This document shows, piece by piece, positions 18,499 through 25,599 of a stretch of 27,271 nucleotides of DNA (its first letter is position 1; each line of letters begins with the position of its first letter). Source of the stretch: Acidimicrobiia bacterium (lineage in GTDB: Bacteria > Actinomycetota > Acidimicrobiia > Spongiisociales > UBA5794); contig JBFFFX010000001.1 in NCBI GenBank assembly GCA_041557775.1, positions 1 to 27,271 on the forward strand, read 5' to 3'. The notes below the pieces were generated by a model. That model was not told the origin of the DNA, searched no databases, and saw only the letters and a program-made list of their open reading frames with translations. Both the position numbers and the translations under genes were made by a program.

Positions 18499-19268
18499 TG
18501 GATCTCGGACTGGCCGGCAAGCGGGCGCTCGTGCTCGGGTCGTCGTCGGGGATGGGGCGCGCCATTGCCGGGGGACTCGCCGCCGAAGGAGCGCGGGTTG
18601 TCGTGACTGGTCGGGACGAGGAGCGCCTGAGCGCGGTCGCAGGGTCTATGGGCGCCGCCGGGTCGATCGCGGCCGACCTGACGACCGACGATGGTGCGGC
18701 GCGCGTGGTCGCCGGAGCGCTCGACGCGCTGGGCGGACTCGACATCTTCGTGGGGAACACGGGGGGTGGGAAGCCAGGGGGCCTGGTCGATGGAGGCTTC
18801 GAGGCAGTGGAGGGCGGCTATCGCGCGATGCTGCTGCCGCAGCTGCGTGCGGCGCAGGCGGCGATCCCCGCCCTGCGCCGAACCGGTGACGGAAGGATGG
18901 TGTTCCTCACGGCCCGTTCGGTTCTGGAGGCCTCGCCCGATCTGGCGCTGTCGTCCGTGTTCCGCAGTGGCGTCGCCGCTGCGGCTCGATCCCTCGCGAT
19001 CGAGCTGGCACCGGACGTCACCGTCAACGTGGTCGTGCCCGGACAATTCGACACGGGAGCACTCGCCCGCTTCGAGGCCGCCCGGGCGCGCGCCGAGGAC
19101 CGCACGGTCGAGGAGGTGCGGGAGGACCACGTCGCCGCGATTCCCATGGGTCGTTTGGGCCGCGCCGAGGAGATCGCCGATCTGGTGCTCTTCTTGGTCT
19201 CCGCAAGGGCGGGATACATCACCGGAGCGACGTTCCGGATCGACGGCGGCCTCACCCGCGGCTTCTGA
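18498..19268 (+). CDS. Short-chain dehydrogenase/reductase, atypical active site
   Basis: MDLGLAGKRALVLGSSSGMG Rossmann motif, GNTGG, VNVVVPG, IPMGRLGRAEEIA, YITG...IDGG. The YxxxK position reads SSVFR. Confidence 0.88.
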   Translation: MDLGLAGKRALVLGSSSGMGRAIAGGLAAEGARVVVTGRDEERLSAVAGSMGAAGSIAADLTTDDGAARVVAGALDALGGLDIFVGNTGGGKPGGLVDGGFEAVEGGYRAMLLPQLRAAQAAIPALRRTGDGRMVFLTARSVLEASPDLALSSVFRSGVAAAARSLAIELAPDVTVNVVVPGQFDTGALARFEAARARAEDRTVEEVREDHVAAIPMGRLGRAEEIADLVLFLVSARAGYITGATFRIDGGLTRGF

Positions 19269-19280
19269 GCGGCGCGGACG

Positions 19281-20438
19281 GTGGGAGCAGAGACGGACCC
19301 GGGGAGCACCGCCCCCCGCCGCCCGCAGCGCGTCGCCATCATCGCCGTCACCCTGACGTACGTTGCCGTGACGGTCGGCGAATCGATCCTGGCTCCGGTG
19401 TTGCCGCTGGCGTCTGCAGATCTTGGATTCGGTGAGTCCGAAGCCGGCCGGCTGCTGGGTTTGCTCTCCCTCTCGGCGGGGGCCGGCAACCTCGCAGGCG
19501 GAATCGTGCTGGGCAGGTTCGGCCCGCGCCTCTCCTCCCTCGTCGGCGTCGGGACGACCACGCTCGGGGCGGGCCTTGCGGCAACCGGTGCGGGCGCGGG
19601 CCGATTCACCGTGGCGCACGTGCTGATGGGTCTCGGCGCCGGGATCTTCTTCGCCGGGGGTATCTACTCGATCGGGGTGCTCGCCGGCCCGGGACGGCGC
19701 GGGCGGGCGATGGGCCTCTACGGCATCGCGTACTCGCTTGCGCTCGCGGCCGCCGCCGGCATGGTTGCGGTGGTCGGAGCGAACGCGTGGCGGGGTGTCT
19801 TCGCCACTGCCGCAGGCCTCGGCCTCGTCGCCTTCATCGCCGTTGCCGTCGCCGGATTACCACCGCGACCGGAGAGGTCCGAGCGCGCACCGGGCCGCGG
19901 ACTCCGGTTGTTGGGCGTACCCGTTGCGGTCGGCGCAGTGGCCGCCGTCGCCCAATTCGGCCTCGCGGCGTTCCTCCCGACGTTTGCCGTCGACCGGTGG
20001 GCGGTCACCGCATCCACCGCCGCCATGATCCTGTTCGCCGGACGGGTCCTCTCCATCCCGGGAAAGGCTTGGGCCGGGCGCCTTGCCGACCGCTACGGCG
20101 CCATGGGGGCGGCCCGCCGCGTGACGTGGACCCTGCTGGCCAGCGGGATCGCCTGGCTGGTCGTGCCCGTGTCGGCGGTGGGGGCGGCGGCGGCCGCGAT
20201 CTTCGCCGCGGCGGCCGGGGCGATGTTCCCGGTCGCCAACGTCGTGGCAGTGGAGCGGTTCGGCGGCCGCGGCGGGCTGCTCGGGGTCTTCCGCTCGATG
20301 CAGATGGCCGTGGCCGGTGTCTCGGCATGGCTCGTCGGTCTGGGAGCGACGGCTGCGGGCCTGCGCAACGTGCTGTTGGCGGGCGTGGTGGCGCTGGCGG
20401 CGTTGCTCGCGGTCCGCCCGGAGCGGGAAGGAAGTTGA
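19281..20438 (+). CDS. Major facilitator superfamily transporter
   Basis: About 12 hydrophobic segments; motif A-like GIVLGRFGPR and GRLADRYG in the two halves. Confidence 0.85.
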   Translation: MGAETDPGSTAPRRPQRVAIIAVTLTYVAVTVGESILAPVLPLASADLGFGESEAGRLLGLLSLSAGAGNLAGGIVLGRFGPRLSSLVGVGTTTLGAGLAATGAGAGRFTVAHVLMGLGAGIFFAGGIYSIGVLAGPGRRGRAMGLYGIAYSLALAAAAGMVAVVGANAWRGVFATAAGLGLVAFIAVAVAGLPPRPERSERAPGRGLRLLGVPVAVGAVAAVAQFGLAAFLPTFAVDRWAVTASTAAMILFAGRVLSIPGKAWAGRLADRYGAMGAARRVTWTLLASGIAWLVVPVSAVGAAAAAIFAAAAGAMFPVANVVAVERFGGRGGLLGVFRSMQMAVAGVSAWLVGLGATAAGLRNVLLAGVVALAALLAVRPEREGS

Positions 20439-20445
20439 GCGACGC

Positions 20446-21282
20446 TCAGACGTCGGGCTCGTAGAAGGTTTCGGTCGAGGACCACATCTCCTCGGTCCGG
20501 TCGAGCCGGGCGGTCGCCGCGTCGTGGTCCTGGCGAGCGACTTCCATCACGAGCATCTCGGCAAGCGCCACTGCGGGGATCGAGCTGTCGAAGGGCCCGA
20601 TCGCCGGGACATCGACGGCGCACCAGAGGTGGGCGATCTGTGCGAGGGGGGAGAGCGGGCCGTCCGTGATGGCGACGATGGTGCCTGCGGACTCGGCGAC
20701 GACCTGCGCCGCGCGAACCACGGCCGTTCGATACCTGGGGAAGTCCACCACCAGGAGGACGTCTTGGGCGCCGATGTCGGCGAGATCGCGTCCCAGGTTG
20801 CGCTCCTCCAGCAAGCGCACGCCGGTGCGCACCATGCTCAACCCGCTCACCAGGGCATGGGCACCGGCCCGGGACGTCTCGCCGGACAGCACCCAGACGC
20901 GACCGGCCTCGAGGAGCGGTTTGGCGAGATCGGCGATGTGTCCGCCCTCGATTGCGGTGAAGACGGAATCGATCGACTGCTCGATCGCGGTGCGCGCATC
21001 CGACTCCGCACCGTGGCGGATTCGCACGCTGGGCCGGCTGAGCCGGAGTGCCAGGTCGCGCCGAATGTGCTCTTGCAGCTCGGGGTACCCGTCGAATCCG
21101 AGTTTGGTGGCGAAGCGGACGATCGACGGGCGGCTCGTACCCACCTCGAGGGCGAGGTCGGAGACCGTGCCGAAGGCGAGCAGGGTGGGGTCGGCCACGA
21201 CAGCCTCGGCGATGCGCCGCTCGGTGGGTGTCAGCCGAGTTCCGGCGGCGGCGATGAGCTGGGAGAGGGACGTTGGTGACAT
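20446..21282 (-). CDS. MurR/RpiR family transcriptional regulator (HTH + SIS)
   Basis: LTPTERRIAE...GTSRPSIVRFATKLGFDGYPELQ HTH. SIS domain with DVLLVVDFPRY and VAITDGPLSPLA. Confidence 0.92.
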   Translation of the reverse strand: MSPTSLSQLIAAAGTRLTPTERRIAEAVVADPTLLAFGTVSDLALEVGTSRPSIVRFATKLGFDGYPELQEHIRRDLALRLSRPSVRIRHGAESDARTAIEQSIDSVFTAIEGGHIADLAKPLLEAGRVWVLSGETSRAGAHALVSGLSMVRTGVRLLEERNLGRDLADIGAQDVLLVVDFPRYRTAVVRAAQVVAESAGTIVAITDGPLSPLAQIAHLWCAVDVPAIGPFDSSIPAVALAEMLVMEVARQDHDAATARLDRTEEMWSSTETFYEPDV

Positions 21283-21297
21283 AGGTCGTGAGCACTA

Positions 21298-21304
21298 TGT
21301 TACA
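21298..21304. promoter_or_regulatory. Candidate RpiR operator (TGT-T-ACA dyad)
   Basis: TGTTACA lies in the only AT-rich patch of the divergent intergenic region, 4 nt upstream of the predicted -35 box and 15 nt from the rpiR start. Confidence 0.3.
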
Positions 21305-21308
21305 AGCA

Positions 21309-21337
21309 TTGCTCCGTCCTGTGCAGGGGTGTACGCT
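21309..21337 (+). promoter_or_regulatory. Sigma70/SigA-type promoter for the aminomutase operon
   Basis: TTGCTC (21309-21314), 17-nt spacer, TACGCT (21332-21337). GGAGGT RBS ahead of ATG 21372. Confidence 0.5.
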
Positions 21338-21371
21338 GGCCGGTGGCGACGTCGGTTTGGAGGTAGTCGCG

Positions 21372-22817
21372 ATGGGCAGAGCGAAGTACGTACCCTCGGC
21401 GCGCGAGCAGGCGTTCCTCGACACGGTCGAGAACCCGAAGTACGACCGGCAGATCATCAACGGTCTGAAGATGTTTCTCGAACACCGCGAGCCGGACGAC
21501 ATGCGGGGTTTCTACAGCGACGCCGAGCTCGCGGTCCTCGCCGAACTGAAGGGCACGGAGCGCGACGTCGAGGCGCGCATGCCCGTGAAGGTCACCCGCC
21601 ACTACTTCGAACTGGCCAAGCACAGCAAGCCGCTCCAGCGGCTCGTGAAGGCGAGTCCCGATGAGACGATCGATCTCGCCGGCGCCGAAGATCCCGGCTA
21701 TCAGATGGACTACAGCCCCGTCGAGGGGCTGCTGCACAAGTACGAGATGGGACTCATGTACGTCATCTCGACGTGCTCGGCGCATTGCCGCTTCTGCTAC
21801 CGCGAGGAGCTGATCGCCCGCAAGGAAGTGGAGCGCGCCGACGGAACCGTCGCTCCCAAGGGCCTTGCCCAGGTCTTGGAGGTCACCGACTACATCAAGG
21901 CGCACAACGCCATCGTGGCCGCGAACGGCGGGCTCCATCCCGAATCGGGACGCGAGAAGCTTCGTGAGATCCTGCTCTCCGGAGGCGACCCGATGGTGCT
22001 GCCCAACAGCAAGATCGCCGCGTGGTTCGCTGCGCTCGCCGAAGCGGGGATCGAGTCGATTCGCCTCGGCACCAAGGAGATGGCGTTCCACCCCGATCGC
22101 TTCGACGACGCCTTCCTCGCCATGCTGGACAACTTCCACGCCGCCTACCCCGAGGTCGGGTTCCGGCTGATGATCCACTTCAACCACCCGGACGAGTTCC
22201 TGTTGAAGGACGGCGACGGCAACTACGTCGAGAACGACAACGGGACGTTGAAGTGGCACCCGGCGACGAGGCGCGCGATGAACGCCGTTGCGGGACGCGG
22301 CTGGATCAGCGTCGAGAACCAGGCGCCGATCATCAAAGGCATCAACGACGATCCCGATGCGCTCCGGATCATGCAGCGCGCCCTCAAGCGTGTGGGCGTC
22401 GAGAACCACTACTTCTTCTGCGGCAGGGACATCGTTGCCTACCGGGCCTTCAACGTGCCGATCGAGACCGCGTGGCACATCCTCAACGAGTCGCAGAAGG
22501 GGCTCTCCGGGGTGGAGAACCATGCCCGGCTCTCGATCACGCACTACAAGGGGAAGACCGAGGTCGCTGCGGTGACCAACGAGCCGATCCCCGGTGTGCC
22601 CGGGACCGAGAACGGCGTGCTGATCTTCAAGATCTTGCGCAACGCCGCGGATGCGAAGGACCGGGGCAAGGTCTGCATCGTGGGGCGCAACCCGGAGGCG
22701 ATCTGGTTCGACGACTACGCCGATCGGGTGGTCTACGACGAGGCAGGACTCTACGACTACGACCGAGTCACGTACGCACGCGAGGTGCCGGTGAGCATCG
22801 GGGTCGCCGGCCGATGA
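21372..22817 (+). CDS. KamA-family radical-SAM/PLP 2,3-aminomutase, probably not lysine-specific
   Basis: DYSPVEGLLHKY, CSAHCRFCYR (CxxxCxxC), ILLSGGDP, IRLGTK, HFNHPDE, NQAPIIKGINDD, LSG..., GKTEV (putative PLP lysine). 481 aa from ATG 21372. Confidence 0.88.
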   Translation: MGRAKYVPSAREQAFLDTVENPKYDRQIINGLKMFLEHREPDDMRGFYSDAELAVLAELKGTERDVEARMPVKVTRHYFELAKHSKPLQRLVKASPDETIDLAGAEDPGYQMDYSPVEGLLHKYEMGLMYVISTCSAHCRFCYREELIARKEVERADGTVAPKGLAQVLEVTDYIKAHNAIVAANGGLHPESGREKLREILLSGGDPMVLPNSKIAAWFAALAEAGIESIRLGTKEMAFHPDRFDDAFLAMLDNFHAAYPEVGFRLMIHFNHPDEFLLKDGDGNYVENDNGTLKWHPATRRAMNAVAGRGWISVENQAPIIKGINDDPDALRIMQRALKRVGVENHYFFCGRDIVAYRAFNVPIETAWHILNESQKGLSGVENHARLSITHYKGKTEVAAVTNEPIPGVPGTENGVLIFKILRNAADAKDRGKVCIVGRNPEAIWFDDYADRVVYDEAGLYDYDRVTYAREVPVSIGVAGR

Positions 22818-22872
22818 AAGCGGCTTGGCGATCGAACGAGATTCGATCGCCGGCCCGAGTGGAGGTCGGGAG

Positions 22873-23583
22873 ATGATCGACAAACGAGTCGGTAGCCCGG
22901 CGGAGGCAGTAGCCGACATCCCAGATGGCGCCACAGTCATGATCGGCGGCTTCGGAGAAGCGGGCAGCCCCATCGAGCTGATCCACGCGCTCATCGACCA
23001 GGGCGCCACCGGCCTCACCGTGGTCAACAACAACACCGGTAGCGGCGAGGTCGGCCTGGCCGCGCTGATCAAGGCCGAGCGCGTGGCCAAGATGATTTGC
23101 TCGTTCCCGCGCACCGCCAACTCGACCGTCTTCCCCGAGCTGTATCGCGCCGGGAAGACGGAGCTGGAGCTCGTCCCCCAAGGCACGCTCGCCGAGCGGA
23201 TCCGCGCCGGAGGCGCCGGCATCCCGGCGTTCTTCACCGCGACCTCGGTGGGCACGCCGCTCCAGGGGGCCAAGGAGGTGCGTCGCTTCGGTGAGCGGGA
23301 CTACGTGATGGAGCACGGACTCACCGCCGACTACGCCCTCATCAAGTGCGCCCGGTCTGATCGCTACGGCAACCTGATCTACAACAAGACCGCCCGTAAC
23401 TTCAGTCCCGTGATGGCGACTGCGGCGGCGATCACGATCGTGCAGACCCGCGAGGTCGTCGAACCCGGCGACATCGATCCGGAGACGGTCGTGACACCGG
23501 GCATCTTCGTCCATCGCCTCGTGACCGTGTCCAACCCCCTGATCGAGTCCGAGCTGGTGGCAGCGGGGGCGACGTACCCATGA
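22873..23583 (+). CDS. pcaI: 3-oxoadipate (3-oxoacid) CoA-transferase subunit A
   Basis: DGATVMIGGFGEAGSP, NNNTGSGEVGLAAL, CSFPR...VFPELYRAGK.ELELVPQGTLAERIRAGG, GNLIY.KTARNF.PVMA, TPGIFV; closely matches Pseudomonas PcaI as I recall it. GGAGGT RBS 6 nt before ATG 22873. Confidence 0.85.
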   Translation: MIDKRVGSPAEAVADIPDGATVMIGGFGEAGSPIELIHALIDQGATGLTVVNNNTGSGEVGLAALIKAERVAKMICSFPRTANSTVFPELYRAGKTELELVPQGTLAERIRAGGAGIPAFFTATSVGTPLQGAKEVRRFGERDYVMEHGLTADYALIKCARSDRYGNLIYNKTARNFSPVMATAAAITIVQTREVVEPGDIDPETVVTPGIFVHRLVTVSNPLIESELVAAGATYP

Positions 23584-24242
23584 CCAGCACCTCGACCACG
23601 ATCGGCTGGACCCGCGACGAGATGGCGCAGCGCGCGGCCCTCGACATCCCCAACGGGGCCTACGTGAACCTCGGTATCGGCATTCCCGAGCGCGTGGCCA
23701 AGTACGTGCCCGCCGGTCGCGAGGTGATCTACCACACAGAGAACGGCCTGCTCGGCATGGGCCCGGCCCCCGAGACGGGACACGGTGACCCGGAGCTGAT
23801 CAATGCAGGGAAGCGCCAGGTGACCGCAATCCCGGGGGCGGCGTTCTTCCATCATGCCGACAGCTTCGTGATGATTCGCGGGGGCCACATCGACCTCTGC
23901 GTGCTCGGTGCCATGCAGGTCGCCCAGAACGGCGACCTCGCCAACTGGTCCACAGGTGCGACGGATGCGATCCCGGCGGTCGGCGGCGCGATGGATCTCG
24001 TCGCCGGCGTGCGCACGATTCACGTCATCACCCAGCACACCACCAAGACCGGCGAGCCGAAGCTGGTCGAGTCATGTACGTACCCGCTGACCGGACCGGG
24101 TGTCGTCGACCGGGTCTACACGGATCTCGCCGTCATGGACGTAGGATCGGGCGGTTTCCATGTCCGGGAGCTGGCACCCAGAGTGACCTTCGACTACCTC
24201 CAGGAGCGCACTGCCGGTGCGCTCGTCCCGAGGGGGAGATGA
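23580..24242 (+). CDS. pcaJ: 3-oxoadipate (3-oxoacid) CoA-transferase subunit B
   Basis: ATGA overlap with pcaI. GAYVNLGIG, HTENG (catalytic Glu), LINAGK, FFHHADSF, GDLANW.TG...IPAVGGAMDL, CTYPLTG, YTDLAV. Confidence 0.85.
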   Translation: MTSTSTTIGWTRDEMAQRAALDIPNGAYVNLGIGIPERVAKYVPAGREVIYHTENGLLGMGPAPETGHGDPELINAGKRQVTAIPGAAFFHHADSFVMIRGGHIDLCVLGAMQVAQNGDLANWSTGATDAIPAVGGAMDLVAGVRTIHVITQHTTKTGEPKLVESCTYPLTGPGVVDRVYTDLAVMDVGSGGFHVRELAPRVTFDYLQERTAGALVPRGR

Positions 24243-25567
24243 TGACCGCGCAACCGCAGTTTCACGTCTCGAAGAGCGAAGCCCTGTACGACCGGGCGAA
24301 GAAGGTGTTGCCCGGCGGCGTGAGCAGGAACACCGTGCTGCGCTCGCCGCACCCCGTGTACGTCGATCACGCCGAGGGCTGTCGTGTCACCGACATCGAA
24401 GGCGTCACACGTATCGACTTTGCGAACAACATGGCCTCGCTGATCCACGGCCATGCCCATCCGGTGGTCATGGATGCGGTCGCCGCCCAGCTTCGCAATG
24501 GCACCGGCTTCACGCTGGCCACGGAGATCGAAGTGCGGTACGCGGAGCATCTCGTGGCCCGGAGCGCGAGCTTCGAGAAGGTCCGCTTCGTCAACTCGGG
24601 CACCGAGGCCGTGATGGCGGCGCTCAAGGCCGCCCGAGCCTTCACGGGCCGCGCCAAGATCGCCAAGGTCGAGGGTGCCTACCACGGCGGGTACGACTAC
24701 GCCGAGGTCAGCCAGACGTCGACGCCGGCCAATTGGGGCAAGGACGACAGCCCGGTCAGCGTACCGGTGGCCTACGGCACGCCTCCCAAGGCCCTCGAAG
24801 ACGTCGTCGTCATCCCGTTCAACGACCCGGCCAAGGCGCGATCGATCCTCGACCGGCATCGAGGCGAGATCGCGTGCGTCCTCATCGACCCGCTCCCGCA
24901 CCGCGTCGGTCTCCTCCCGGCGACGCCCGCGTTTGTCGAGATGCTGGGGGAATGGACCACCGAGGATGAGGCATTGCTGATCTTCGATGAGGTCATCACG
25001 TTCCGATCCGAGTACGGCGGGGCGCAGGAGTGGTACGACGTGCATCCCGACCTCACCGCGATGGGGAAGATCGTCGGCGGCGGCTTCCCGGTCGGTGCGC
25101 TGGCGGGCAGGAGCGCGGTGATGGATGTGATGAACCCGCTGGCATCGCAGGTTCGCTTCCCGCACTCGGGCACGTTCTCCGCGAATCCGATCACGATGAC
25201 GGCAGGGCTCACGGCGATGGAACTGTTCAACCGCCCGGCCGTCCACCGAGTGAACGCGCTCGCCGCCCGGGCCCGTCGCGGTATCGAGGACGCCATCGCC
25301 GAGGCCGGTGTCGCGGCCTGCGTCTCCGGCGGCGGATCGATGCTCCGGGTCCACATGAAGCCGGAGCTGCCGGCGAATTACCGCGAAGCGTTCTCGTCGC
25401 CGGAGGAGAAGCGGCGACTCGACATCATGCTCGACCACCTCTTCGACAGCGGCTTCCTCATGATCAACACGTGCTCGCTCACGACTTCGACCGTCAGGGG
25501 TGAGGCGGAGGTGGACGGGCTGGTGGAGGCCATGCGGCACGGATTCCGCAAGATCGCCCGGCTGTAG
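24239..25567 (+). CDS. Class III PLP aminotransferase, GSAM-like fold, beta-amino-acid transaminase type
   Basis: ATGA overlap with pcaJ. PGGVSR, RFVNSGTEA, EGAYHG, FDEVITFR, DLTAMGK (PLP lysine), HSGTFSANP. Lacks the HemL PGGVNSPVRAF motif. Confidence 0.85.
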   Translation: MMTAQPQFHVSKSEALYDRAKKVLPGGVSRNTVLRSPHPVYVDHAEGCRVTDIEGVTRIDFANNMASLIHGHAHPVVMDAVAAQLRNGTGFTLATEIEVRYAEHLVARSASFEKVRFVNSGTEAVMAALKAARAFTGRAKIAKVEGAYHGGYDYAEVSQTSTPANWGKDDSPVSVPVAYGTPPKALEDVVVIPFNDPAKARSILDRHRGEIACVLIDPLPHRVGLLPATPAFVEMLGEWTTEDEALLIFDEVITFRSEYGGAQEWYDVHPDLTAMGKIVGGGFPVGALAGRSAVMDVMNPLASQVRFPHSGTFSANPITMTAGLTAMELFNRPAVHRVNALAARARRGIEDAIAEAGVAACVSGGGSMLRVHMKPELPANYREAFSSPEEKRRLDIMLDHLFDSGFLMINTCSLTTSTVRGEAEVDGLVEAMRHGFRKIARL

Positions 25568-25599
25568 CAGACTCGGGTCCGGTCAGCGCGAAGAGCCCC

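Noticed and set aside
21372-22817. Calling the radical-SAM gene kamA (lysine fermentation), ablA or epmB
   Set aside because: No kamDE/kdd/kce/kal, ablB acetyltransferase or efp/epmA genes are nearby. The lysine side-chain-binding aspartates are not conserved, and the protein is much longer than EpmB.
24239-25567. Calling the class III aminotransferase hemL
   Set aside because: It lacks PGGVNSPVRAF and FDEVMTGFR, has beta-transaminase-like motifs, and has no tetrapyrrole genes nearby.
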